Origin: an uncultured Planctomycetaceae bacterium
GTDB taxonomy: Bacteria; Planctomycetota; Planctomycetia; Planctomycetales; Planctomycetaceae
Direction: 5' to 3'
Assembly (NCBI GenBank): GCA_963815195.1
Contig: CAWFGE010000010.1
Coordinates: 288,001 to 352,000 of the forward strand
Length of the DNA: 64,000 nucleotides
The notes under the pieces are model-generated. The model did no database searches. It was not told the DNA's origin and worked only from the letters and a program-made list of their open reading frames with translations. Position numbers and translations under genes: made by a program. Positions 8,206 through 18,059 of this stretch are shown one piece after another. The number at the start of each line of letters is the position of its first letter. Positions within the stretch are counted from its first letter, which is position 1.

Positions 8206-10176
8206 ATGCGAAACCAGATCATCCTGACCATTGCGGTCGTCGCTTTTTCGTCCTCTTTTGCGGCCGCTGAGGATCCGAAGCTCGACATGCTGGAGGAGCA
8301 GGCTTTCAAACAAGCCGCGGCTTTGGCGGAGCCCTCGATCGTTCGCATCGAGACCGTCGGCGGGTTGGACCGCGTGGGGCAGGTGCTCGTCGGAGACGGC
8401 CCCACGACGGGAGTGATCGTCTCCGAAGACGGCTACATCATTTCCAGCTCGTTTAACTTCGCCTCGAAACCTTCATCGATCGTGGTCCGCATGCCCGACG
8501 GCCGGCCCGCCGCCGCCAAGGTGGTCGCGACGGATCATTCCAAGATGCTCACGCTTTTGAAGATCGAGGCCAAGGATCTCACCGCCCCGCAGGTCGCTCC
8601 CAAAGATTCGATCAAAGTCGGCCAATGGGCGCTGGCGCTGGGGCGGACTTATGACAACTCGCTGCCCAGCGTGTCGGTGGGCATCGTAGTCGCCAAAGAC
8701 CGCATCTGGGGCCGGGCCATCCAGACCGATGCCAAAGTCTCGCCCGTCAACTACGGCGGTCCGTTGGTCAACGTCAAAGGCGAAGTCATGGGCGTTCTCG
8801 TGCCGCTTTCGACCCGAGGCGGCGGGGAAATCGCGGGCGTGGAATGGTACGACGGCGGCATCGGGTTCGCCATTCCAATGGCAGACATCCACCGCGTCTT
8901 GGACCGCCTCAAAGCCGGCGAGGATCTCAAAGCCGGTCTCCTGGGCATCACCTTCAAAGCCGCGGGAATGCTCGGCGGCGACCCAGTGGTCGACCGCGTC
9001 CGCGTCAACTCGCCCGCCGACGAAGCCGGGCTTAAAGAAGGCGACGTGATCGCCAAAGTCGACGACCACGACATCGTTCGCCAGGCCGACGTGAAGCACG
9101 CCCTCGGGAACAAGTACGCCGGCGAAGAAGTCACCGTCACGGTTAAAAGGGACGACAAGCCGATCACCAAAACCATCAAGCTCGTGGAGGAACTCACGCC
9201 CTACGAATCCGGCTTTTTGGGCATTTTGCCGATCCGGGAAAAAATCGGCGAACCGGCCGCGGCCGGCGTGGGCGTGCGGTATGTGTATGCCGACAGCCCC
9301 GCCGCCAAAGCAGGCCTCGATACCCGCGACCGGATCATCAAGTTCAATAATGAGCCGGTGAATAGCGCCGCGGAGCTGACGGACAAAGTCAGCCGGGTGA
9401 TGCCGGGCGAAAAAGCGACGCTGGTTTATGTTCGTGGCGACAAGGAGCAAAACGCCGAGGTGGAACTGGTCTCCATCCCGAATACGGTGCTTGCGGAGAT
9501 CCGCTCATCGCCGATTCCGCCGGGTGCGAAACCGGACAATCCCAAGGAAGCCCCCAAGACCGGCCGCTTCGACGACAAGGTCCCCGACAGCGAGACCAAC
9601 TACTGGGCCTACGTCCCGGACGATTACAACCCCGCCTACAACTACGGCCTCTTGGTGTGGATTCACCCCGGCGGCGACACGATGGAGCAGGAAATCCTGG
9701 ACGCCTGGAAGTCGATCGCCCAGCAGCGAAGCCTGATTTTGGTCGGCCCCAAGGCCCAGAAGATCAGCGGCTGGACGCCCAACGAAGCCGAGATCATTAA
9801 AGCCTTGGTCGAAGATCTTAAGGACAAATACAGCATCGCCCCGGCCCGGGTGTTCCTGCACACCTACACCAACGGCGGCCGGCTGGCGTATCCGCTCCTG
9901 TTCAAGCACCGCGACATGTTCCAAGGCTTGGCGTCCGTCACCTCGCCTTTGGCCGGTGCCCCCGGCGAGAACGATCCCGACTTCCGCCAGCAATTCCTCA
10001 TCGTCGTCGGGGAGAAAGACGACCTCAAACCCCGCGTGGACGCTTCCATCAAAGCACTCGAAAAACTCAAGTTTCCGGTCAGCAGCAGCGTGGTCAAAGA
10101 CCTCAAAGACAAATACCCGTCCAAAGAAACCATCGAAGAAATCGCCCGCTGGGCCGACAGCCTGGACAGGATTTGA
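8206..10176 (+). CDS. Trypsin-like pseudo-protease with 2 PDZ domains and a C-terminal alpha/beta-hydrolase-like domain
   Basis: ISSSFNF, HSKML and SPVNYGGP replace the His/Asp/Ser motifs; 'YVPDDY...LLVWIHPGG' esterase-like domain. Confidence 0.85.
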   Translation: MRNQIILTIAVVAFSSSFAAAEDPKLDMLEEQAFKQAAALAEPSIVRIETVGGLDRVGQVLVGDGPTTGVIVSEDGYIISSSFNFASKPSSIVVRMPDGRPAAAKVVATDHSKMLTLLKIEAKDLTAPQVAPKDSIKVGQWALALGRTYDNSLPSVSVGIVVAKDRIWGRAIQTDAKVSPVNYGGPLVNVKGEVMGVLVPLSTRGGGEIAGVEWYDGGIGFAIPMADIHRVLDRLKAGEDLKAGLLGITFKAAGMLGGDPVVDRVRVNSPADEAGLKEGDVIAKVDDHDIVRQADVKHALGNKYAGEEVTVTVKRDDKPITKTIKLVEELTPYESGFLGILPIREKIGEPAAAGVGVRYVYADSPAAKAGLDTRDRIIKFNNEPVNSAAELTDKVSRVMPGEKATLVYVRGDKEQNAEVELVSIPNTVLAEIRSSPIPPGAKPDNPKEAPKTGRFDDKVPDSETNYWAYVPDDYNPAYNYGLLVWIHPGGDTMEQEILDAWKSIAQQRSLILVGPKAQKISGWTPNEAEIIKALVEDLKDKYSIAPARVFLHTYTNGGRLAYPLLFKHRDMFQGLASVTSPLAGAPGENDPDFRQQFLIVVGEKDDLKPRVDASIKALEKLKFPVSSSVVKDLKDKYPSKETIEEIARWADSLDRI

Positions 10177-10216
10177 CCGCTGCGGTTTTCGAGTTCGAAG
10201 GTTGTAAAATTCCAAT

Positions 10217-10522
10217 ATGATTCCAAAACTCTCCCAAGAACTCGCCGAAGCTCTCACCGCGAGTGGCGACGAACCGCTGGAAGTTGTCAATCCGAACGAC
10301 AACCGCACGTACGTTGTCGTTGATGGGGAAACGCATCGGCAGGCCATGCAGGCCCTCCGCCGCCAACAGGACCGCGAGGCCATCGCCGAGGGAATCGCCC
10401 AGATGGAAGCGGGCGAGGGAACCCCGATTGAGGACGCCTTTGAAGAAATCCTCGAATTGGACCGATTGGCGCGACGGGAAGCCTCCGCATCGCCCGGCGA
10501 CGCCGGTTCGGAACGTGATTAG
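10217..10522 (+). CDS. Small putative antitoxin-like protein, no toxin downstream
   Basis: 'TYVVV...AIAEGIAQMEAGEG' resembles antitoxin C-terminal helices. Confidence 0.5.
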   Translation: MIPKLSQELAEALTASGDEPLEVVNPNDNRTYVVVDGETHRQAMQALRRQQDREAIAEGIAQMEAGEGTPIEDAFEEILELDRLARREASASPGDAGSERD

Positions 10523-10634
10523 AACCACCGGACCGGATTGACGGGTGCCGCTGGCAGTGTTTCAATAGAAGCGAAATTCTGTTCAGACGGCTTTGATTCG
10601 GTTCATCAATCGGCTTCCCAATGAGGAGAAAAGG

Positions 10635-11840
10635 ATGCGGCGTTCCTTGCGGACTTTGAGTTGGACGGCGGCGGCCTTCGTTTTGGCTTTGGGGTGGACG
10701 ACTCGCGGTTCGGCGGAACTGCGCGATGCGCCCGAGGCCGGTTCGAGCCATGCGTATTCGGTGGAGATCGTTGCCGAACTCCCCGATGCCACGGAGACGC
10801 TGAAAGGCGTGGCGACGTTCACGGCGAAGGGGAAGGACGGCGAGAACATCAAGCTGGAATATCGCGGCGGATTGAATCGCTCGCGCAAGGAAAAAGCCGC
10901 GGCGGGAGCGGGCGGACGGCGTCCTGGGCCGGGCGGATTTGGCCGCCGGCCGGGCCGACCGCCACTGGGGCCTCGCGGCCTGTTCGATGCGCCGACGTTT
11001 GCCGGCTTGACCCAAACGACCAACAAGCTCACATTGACGCCGCAAGGCGAGTTTGTCGCGCTGGAGGGCACTTCCCAACTGCCATACCTGTTGGGCAATC
11101 TTTCCCTGCTGATCTTCGAACCGTTCCCCGCGGGCGACGAGACGGCCTGGGAAATCAAAAACGACGTGGGGATTACCGAAAAAAACGAGCGGCGGACGTT
11201 TCCGCGGTTCGGCCCCCGCCGGCCCGGCGATCCCGCAGCCGGCGAGAAGGAAAAGCGAACCGCCGGCGTGGAGTTGACGAAATACAAAATCGCCAAAACG
11301 GAAGGCGATCTGGTGACCGTCGAAAAGACCTATGCTTTGGAATCGCCCGTGGTCGATGGCAAAGGCTTTGCCTTCGACGGCCAGGGGACCTGGGTGTTCG
11401 ACCGGTCGAAGTCCGTTCCGCAGAAGCTGGATTTTCGCCAGGTGCTGACGGTCAAGCTCAACAATGTTTCGGTGAAGATCCCGATCACCACCAAATTTCA
11501 AGTGATGACCGAAGAACAACTCGCCGAGCACAAGAAAGCTCAGGAAAAACGGCAAGCGGAAATGAAAGCGCGGCTGGCAAAAGCCCAAGAGCAAAATCAA
11601 GCCCGCCGGAATGCCCCGCTCTCGGCGGAGCAAAAAGCCGAGGTCCTCAAGCAATTGGCGTCGGACAATATGTTCGACGTGCGCAAGGGGATGCGGACGC
11701 TGCAGTTCAAGAATCCCGACGAACCAGACGCGGAAATCTCGGCCGCCCTCAAAAAGCTGGAGGATCACAAAAACCTCGGCATTCGCTTGCAGGTCAAACA
11801 GATCGCCAAGAAATGGTCCGCAGCGAAGTCCGACAAGTGA
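10635..11840 (+). CDS. Secreted hypothetical protein with a HEAT-like C-terminus
   Basis: RBS, signal peptide, typical codon usage. Confidence 0.75.
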   Translation: MRRSLRTLSWTAAAFVLALGWTTRGSAELRDAPEAGSSHAYSVEIVAELPDATETLKGVATFTAKGKDGENIKLEYRGGLNRSRKEKAAAGAGGRRPGPGGFGRRPGRPPLGPRGLFDAPTFAGLTQTTNKLTLTPQGEFVALEGTSQLPYLLGNLSLLIFEPFPAGDETAWEIKNDVGITEKNERRTFPRFGPRRPGDPAAGEKEKRTAGVELTKYKIAKTEGDLVTVEKTYALESPVVDGKGFAFDGQGTWVFDRSKSVPQKLDFRQVLTVKLNNVSVKIPITTKFQVMTEEQLAEHKKAQEKRQAEMKARLAKAQEQNQARRNAPLSAEQKAEVLKQLASDNMFDVRKGMRTLQFKNPDEPDAEISAALKKLEDHKNLGIRLQVKQIAKKWSAAKSDK

Positions 11841-11920
11841 CCTGCCAAAGCGCGGTTTCGCCTTCAACCAAGAACCGACGTTGTTAATCTTCCACACTTG
11901 CTTCCCATCGCGAGGTTTCT

Positions 11921-12472
11921 ATGAAACCGCTCTGGCTTCCCATCATGCTCCTTGGTTTGTTGGCCTCGCCGGTTTCGGCTCAGGAACCGCCGAAGTTTCC
12001 CGGCCCGCAAAAAGAGCACGAGGTGCTCAAGCAGTTTGTGGGGGACTGGGAGACCGATTCGGAAGCCGAGGCCGGGCCGGGGAAGCCGGCGATGAAATGC
12101 AAGGGCCGCATCCATTCCAAAATGCTCGGCGGCTTCTGGGTGGTCTCGGAATTGGAGACGGAGATGATGGGCACGAAGGTCGTCGGCGTTCAAACGATCG
12201 GCTACGATCCCAAGACCCAAAAATACGTCGGCACCTGGGTGGACTCCGTCATGAATCACATGTGGAAGTACGAAGGCAGCCTGGATAAGACCGGCAAAAT
12301 CCTGACGCTCGAAGCCGAAGGCCCCACCTTCCTGGGGGAGGGAAAAACCGCCAAATTCCGGGATGTGTATGAGTTCAAAACAAACGACCTCATCGGCATG
12401 TCCTCTATGATCGAGGACGAGAACGGCAAGTGGATCACCTTCATGACCGGAACCGCCCGGCGGAAGAAATAG
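11921..12472 (+). CDS. DUF1579 domain protein
   Basis: 'EHEVLKQFVGDW...LGGFW...GYDP...YVGTWVDS' signature; signal peptide. Confidence 0.85.
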   Translation: MKPLWLPIMLLGLLASPVSAQEPPKFPGPQKEHEVLKQFVGDWETDSEAEAGPGKPAMKCKGRIHSKMLGGFWVVSELETEMMGTKVVGVQTIGYDPKTQKYVGTWVDSVMNHMWKYEGSLDKTGKILTLEAEGPTFLGEGKTAKFRDVYEFKTNDLIGMSSMIEDENGKWITFMTGTARRKK

Positions 12473-12559
12473 CGATCCCGGCCCGACCCGTCAAAGCCCG
12501 CGCGATTCTCGTCGAAAAGCCGAAGATCAAGGGGGGCTGCGGGCGCGCCCGCCAAAAGT

Positions 12560-12781
12560 TTGGGGAGCACCTGGGTCTTCGCGGTGCCATCGTCGTTCAT
12601 GACATACATGGTGGCATTCTCGGTCGAATCGCCGCCGTGCAATCTGACCGGTTGGCGTACTGCCACCGCCTCCTCCACCACGGGGTCTTTTGGCCGAAGC
12701 GGACTGGGTTCCCCAGACCAGGCCGAAACAAGCGAGAGCAATGGCCTAAAGACCAATCGAACGGCAGACTTGGCTTTGCAT
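12560..12781 (-). pseudogene. Decayed 5' fragment of a secreted TolB/PD40-like repeat protein
   Basis: Manual translation MQSQVCRSIGL*AIALACFGLVWGTQSASAKRPRGGGGGGSTPTGQIA, then after a frameshift ATMYVMNDDGTAKTQVLP. Confidence 0.55.
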
Positions 12782-12860
12782 ACATCCGTTTTGTTGTTGC
12801 AGGTTGCAGCTTCATTCAAACTCGTCAGTGGAAATGATTCGCGGGTACCACAGAATCAGG

Positions 12861-12937
12861 CGGTCCGGCGCGCAAACCGATCGTCCGGGGCGAGTGTCGG
12901 CCGGTGAGGGTTCTGCTTGGCGGCTGGCCCTCACCGG
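12861..12937 (-). repeat. Structured intergenic element, copy A
   Basis: About 90% identical to 15360-15439; contains a CCGGTGAGGG/CCCTCACCGG stem. Confidence 0.9.
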
Positions 12938-12949
12938 GCTTTGCTCGCG

Positions 12950-15307
12950 TCAGGAAAAGAGTTCATCCAGCAAATCGCGAAGAGACTTGCCGGAGAGGAA
13001 CAAGTTCACGGTGTCGCTTCCGATGAAGTCCGTGCCGTCGGCTGTCGTTCCGACCACCGAGACAGAGGCCTCTTGGCGGCTGGAGTCAAGGACCCCGTCG
13101 CCGTTCAGGTCGTCCAAAAGCAACTGGTCGTAGATCGCGCCAAGATTCGTATCTTGGACGTTATAAGTCAGCACCAGATCCAGACGGCCGTCGCCGTCCA
13201 CATCTTTTAACAGGCTGGAAACCGGCAGGGCGTAGGCGAAGACGACCGTGTTGGGATCCACGGTCGCGGCATCGAACGTGTCCGTGCTGACGATGGTCAC
13301 ATCGACGGTTCCCTGGCTGTTGAGGTTGAGGACCGGCCTAACCTCGATCGTCACCTCCGTGGGTCGAAGTGCCGGACTGCCCGGGTCCACAATTACGCCG
13401 TTGGCCGTCAGGTCGTGGTCGCCGCGCTGGCCATCCACGAAAAACAGCGTGATTATGTGGTTGACATCGTCGATGACGGCCCCCGTCGTCCCGTCGTAGA
13501 GGAATTCGTACCAATGCGGCGTCGCGTTGTCGGGGGTCGGGCCATATTGGTAGTAGGTGTCCACCGTGACGTCGGCGGGGTAATCCAGCGTGACAGTGGT
13601 GGCGCCGCCCGAGGCGACCCCCACAACGTTGAAGGTAAAAGAGCCAAGCGGGAACTGGACTCCGGCCGGGGCATCGGCGGGCGAGGGATTCGGAACGGCG
13701 GCGACGTCAGTCAGGCTCGTGTCCGACGGCGCTGCCAGGGTGAGAGCCGGGCCGTTGTCGCCTGCCGGCAGACTGGTAGTGTTCGATTCCGAAAAGAAAC
13801 GCGCGACGAGGCTCGGATACGGATCAAGACCGGACCACCCGCCGCCGATGATCCGGCCGCTGCCGTCAATCGCGGCGGCATACAGTCCGTCGTTGTCGGT
13901 CAGCACGGTGGTCACCTTGCCGCCCGTGCCGAAGCTGGAGTCGAGCGAGCCGTCCGCGAGCAGGCGCGCGAGCAGGAGGTGGCTGTCATCGACCCCAGCA
14001 TCCCACGTCCAGCCGGCCGCCACGATCCGGTCGCTACTGTCCAGGGTCGTACCCAGAACTTCGAAGCCGACCGCGTTCGCGTCGAACCCGAAATCGGTGA
14101 CGACTTGGCCGCCATCGCCGAAGCTCGTATCCAGGCTGCCGTCGCTGGCATTGTGGCGGGCCACGTCGAAGACCTCCGGATTCGTGACCCCATTCGGCAT
14201 AACGGAACCGCCGGACACGACGAGGTTTCCGCTGCTGTCGATGGCCAGGCCGACCGCCTCGTCCGCTGTCGCGCCGAAGGAGTCTGTAAGTACCTTGCCG
14301 CGGTCGCCGAAAGTGTCATCCGGCGTTCCATCGGTGTTAAAGCGCGCCAGTGCGATGCCGTTGAAGGCGCCGCCGTCGTGAGTGACCGTGTAAGTGCTGC
14401 CGTCGGAAAGAGTGATATCGTAGCTATCCGATTGGGAATACTCATCGGCGAGGATGATTCGATCGTTGCCATCGATGACCATCTGCAGATCCTGCCGACC
14501 GATGGTCGTCCTGGCAAAATCGAGATTGGTGGGCAACAGTTTGCTGAGGAAGCTGGTGACCAACTTGCCGCCGCTGCCGAAGCTTGTGTCCAGGCTGCCG
14601 TCCGCGTTGAAGCGCGCCACGGTTATCAAGTCGCTAATATTCTGGCCTCTGTATCTAGTTATTCCCGCTACGATAATGCGGCCGTGGCTGTCAATGCCCA
14701 CGTTATTGTAAATCCCCCCCAAAAAATGCGAGGCGATTGTGACGTTGCTCTCCCACTGACCCCCGCCAATTCCATCACTGAAATAATAGTCGGCCATCAC
14801 GAAACTAGAAGAAATCGTCACCTGGCCGCCGCTGCCAAAACTGGGATCCGGGCTGCCGTCAGGAAGCAATCGCGATACGCAAATGTCAATGCCGCTGTTG
14901 CCGCCCATGCCCACTACCACAACGCGTCCGCTGGCGTCGATCGTCATGTTGCCAGGGCCGTCAAATCCGGTCGTGGCAATCCCCTGGGTGCCAAAGCTGG
15001 TATCGAGGCTGCCGTCTGCATTAAAGCCGGCTAGCTCCCTACCGTCATAGCTGAGCCCGCGGATCTTGCCGTCGGAGGGGTTGACTGCCACATGGGCGAT
15101 GTAATCAGAGAAGTCATTGGTGACGGAACCGCCATTGCCGAAAGTGGGGTCGAGGGCACCGGCGGACAGCAGGCAGCGGTCCTCCAGCACTTCGATCTGT
15201 TGCAGGGCCGGGACGTGGCCATGCGGCCGCCGCCGTGCGCGAGAGCGGCGGGAGGAACGCAACGAGCCGCGGAGAGTCAGCGATTTTAGCCAGGATGCAA
15301 TTAACAT
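12950..15307 (-). CDS. Extracellular delta-60 repeat (beta-propeller) protein with choice-of-anchor-U-like and Ca-binding C-terminal domains
   Basis: Planctomycete LEDRCLLS motif; repeats 'ARFNADGSLDTSFGxGG'; 'YGPTPDN.TPHWYEF...DGQRGDHDL..NGVIVDP'; DVDGDG. Confidence 0.85.
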   Translation of the reverse strand: MLIASWLKSLTLRGSLRSSRRSRARRRPHGHVPALQQIEVLEDRCLLSAGALDPTFGNGGSVTNDFSDYIAHVAVNPSDGKIRGLSYDGRELAGFNADGSLDTSFGTQGIATTGFDGPGNMTIDASGRVVVVGMGGNSGIDICVSRLLPDGSPDPSFGSGGQVTISSSFVMADYYFSDGIGGGQWESNVTIASHFLGGIYNNVGIDSHGRIIVAGITRYRGQNISDLITVARFNADGSLDTSFGSGGKLVTSFLSKLLPTNLDFARTTIGRQDLQMVIDGNDRIILADEYSQSDSYDITLSDGSTYTVTHDGGAFNGIALARFNTDGTPDDTFGDRGKVLTDSFGATADEAVGLAIDSSGNLVVSGGSVMPNGVTNPEVFDVARHNASDGSLDTSFGDGGQVVTDFGFDANAVGFEVLGTTLDSSDRIVAAGWTWDAGVDDSHLLLARLLADGSLDSSFGTGGKVTTVLTDNDGLYAAAIDGSGRIIGGGWSGLDPYPSLVARFFSESNTTSLPAGDNGPALTLAAPSDTSLTDVAAVPNPSPADAPAGVQFPLGSFTFNVVGVASGGATTVTLDYPADVTVDTYYQYGPTPDNATPHWYEFLYDGTTGAVIDDVNHIITLFFVDGQRGDHDLTANGVIVDPGSPALRPTEVTIEVRPVLNLNSQGTVDVTIVSTDTFDAATVDPNTVVFAYALPVSSLLKDVDGDGRLDLVLTYNVQDTNLGAIYDQLLLDDLNGDGVLDSSRQEASVSVVGTTADGTDFIGSDTVNLFLSGKSLRDLLDELFS

Positions 15308-15359
15308 GGTTTAAAACCCTTTTGGCAAAGTCGGTTTGCGCAGGTAGAATCAAACCAGC

Positions 15360-15439
15360 CGGTCCGGGCGCGCAAACCGATCGTCCGGGGCGGGTGTCGG
15401 TCGGTGAGGGTTTTTGCTTTGGCGGCTGGCCCTCACCGG
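15360..15439 (-). repeat. Structured intergenic element, copy B
   Basis: Direct repeat of 12861-12937. Confidence 0.9.
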
Positions 15440-15459
15440 CCGGTTTCAGTTGTTCGTTG

Positions 15460-17926
15460 TCAGTGTCCTTCCGGGGAACGTGCAGAATTTTTTGAGCCGG
15501 GGAGGAGTTGGCGGTGGCCGCGCCGACCGATTTCCAGGACCTGACGCTGAAGCCGTTCCGCCTCGTCTTTTTGGCCCAGTTTTTCAAGCACGCCCGCCAG
15601 GTCATCCATGGTTTTGAGCGCGTCGGGATGTGCCTCGCCCGACACACGCTGCTGAATTTCCAAGATCCTGCGAAGGATGTCCGCTGCCTGTTGGTAACGC
15701 ATTTGGTCGATGAGCACACTGGCCAGACTCTGCAGTGAGATCAATCGGGTCGGATGATCCTCTCCCAGGATGCTCTGGTCGATAGCGACCACTTGACGAA
15801 GGAGTTGTTCCGCCTCATCGTAACGCTGTTGGCCCTGGAGCGCGCGCACCACATTGAATGTGGTGCCCAGGGTCCATGGATGCTCTTTCCCGAACACGCG
15901 GCGGCAGGCGGCCAGCAGGTCTCGCTGAAGTTGTTCCGCTTCGCGGTAGCGTCTTTGGTGAAAAAGCGCGACCGCGAGATGGTGCCTGGTCATGAGTGAG
16001 TCTAAGTCCTCTTCACCCAGGGCACGGCTTTGCACTTCGAATGTCCGCCGGGCCAACTCTTCGGCGTCGATGAGACACCCCATATCACTCAGCGTCCAAG
16101 CCAGGTCCGAGGCGATCTTGAGTGTGACTCGGTGTTCCTTTCCGAGCTCGCGCCGGGCACGAATTAGCAGCGCTTCGAGCTTCTCCCTGGCCGGCTCGTG
16201 ATCGCCTCGCCTTTCGAGAATCCAGGCGGAGATCCGCTCCGCGTCGATGGTCGCGGCATCATTCTCACCCAGGTGTTTTTGCCTGAGTTCGACCGATCGG
16301 TTCGCATGCTCCAGCGCCTTTTCATAATTCCTCAGCGGCAGGTACGTCTTGGCGAGCGTCTCGCGAATCGCTGCCTCGACCAACGGCTGGTGCTTGAACC
16401 TCGTCTCGATGCTCTGCCCCGTTCGGTCCAGCACGTCTCGCAACTTGAGGCCCGGGTTCGCAGTGTTTTCAGGACTGGCCTGGTCCAACAGGTCGTTCAG
16501 AAAAGCGTTCACGGCCTGGGAAATCGCCGCCTCGTCGGCGGCGCGCCGTTCGGCCGATTGCGTCCGCTTCAATTCCTCGGTGACGCGGCGTTCGGCCTGT
16601 TGGACACGGCCGAGTTCCTGGGTCACTTGTATTTCGGCCCGCGTGGCCCGGATGGCCTGCCAGGTGGCCAGACCGGTGCCGATAGCCAGTGCAGCCAATA
16701 CGAGAACCGCGGTCGTCAGCCCTGTCTTGTTTCGCCGGGCGAGTTTCCGCAGGCGATACCACATCGACGGCGGGCAGGCTTCGACGGGTTCGTTTTCCAG
16801 GTGACGCCTTATGTCCTCTGCCATGGCGCATCGGCGATTCGTACCGCCGGTTGCGGTCTTTTTCCAATGCTCTCATCACGATCCAATCCAACTCGCACCG
16901 TAGGGAGTGGCTGAGTTTGCGGGGATCGATGCGGCGGCTGCCGGAGATCGTGCAGAGCAGTTCCACGTTCAACGTGCTGATCCGGGTGCTGGGGCGGGCC
17001 GGGTCCACTTCGCGGATCATCCGCCGGAACTCGTCGAAGCCGGCGGTCTTCAGAACCTCTTTATCGAACGGCGTCGTGCCCGTGAGGAGTTCGTAAAGCA
17101 AGACCCCCAGGGAATACACGTCGCTCCGCGTATCAATGTCCAACCCGCTGAATTGGGCCTGTTCCGGGGACATATACAGCGGCGTGCCGATCATCTGGCC
17201 ATAGGACGTGTAAACCGTTTTCTCAGTCAGTTTCACGCTTAAGGCTTTGGAGACGCCGAAGTCGATCACCTTCACCATCGGCTTGTCGTCATGCAGCGTG
17301 ACCATTACGTTCGAGGGTTTAATATCCCGGTGAATGATCCCTTTTTGATGGGCATGCTGGACGGCCCGGCAGACATCGATGAACAACTCCAGCCGCTCCC
17401 GCGTCGAGAGCTTCCGCTCATCGCAAAATGTCGTGATAAGCACGCCTTTGACGAGTTCCATCACGAAGTAGGGCCGGCCTTGCTCGGTCGTCCCCGCGTC
17501 CAGCACCTTGGCGATATTCGGGTGATCCATCAAAGCCAGGGATTGGCGCTCGGCTTCAAATCGGGCGATGACCTCCCGCGTGTCCATGCCGGGCTTGATG
17601 ATCTTGAGAGCCACCTTGCGGCGGACCGGCTGTTCCTGCTCCGCCACAAACACCAACCCAAACCCGCCTTCGCCAATCTGCTCCCGGAGTTGATAAGGCC
17701 CGATCTGGGTTCCCGGTTTTTCCAGGATCGCCGGCAAATTGAATGTCGCCACGATCGCGGGGTCTTCCAAAAAGGAAGCGGGGTCTTCGTCCGCGGCGAG
17801 CAAGGCCTCGACGCGGTTCAACAATTCCTGATCCTCCCCGCACGCGTCGCGGAGGTAAACTTGACGCTCCGCGAAGGAGGCTTTCTCGCGGGCTGCGTAA
17901 AAGACAGATTCCTCTCGGTCGCTCAT
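15460..17926 (-). CDS. Hanks-type Ser/Thr kinase with a TM helix and C-terminal TPR repeats; frameshift near 16830
   Basis: GEGGFG, VALK, HRDIKPSN, DFG, GTPLYMSPEQ; the second frame resumes AEDIRRHL and carries 'LG.EHP.TL' TPRs. Confidence 0.9.
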
Positions 17927-17986
17927 CAAGCGATCCCCGACACAGGGTGAAATCAGATGAAGTTGGGGAATTTCCCCCCCTCATGT

Positions 17987-18020
17987 CATAGCGCGTATTC
18001 TGACCGGGAATTCCCTCACG
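17987..18020 (-). promoter_or_regulatory. Candidate ECF-dependent promoter upstream of the kinase (GTGAGGG...CGCGCT)
   Basis: Located in the sigma-kinase spacer; assignment is by recalled resemblance only. Confidence 0.3.
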
Positions 18021-18059
18021 AAAATCCCCAGTTTCTGAAAAAATCCCAGAAAACTTCCG

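Noticed and set aside
12861..12937. c-di-GMP riboswitch or intrinsic terminator for the repeated element
   Set aside because: The GCAAAC motif is on the non-coding strand and other consensus parts are missing; no U-tract.
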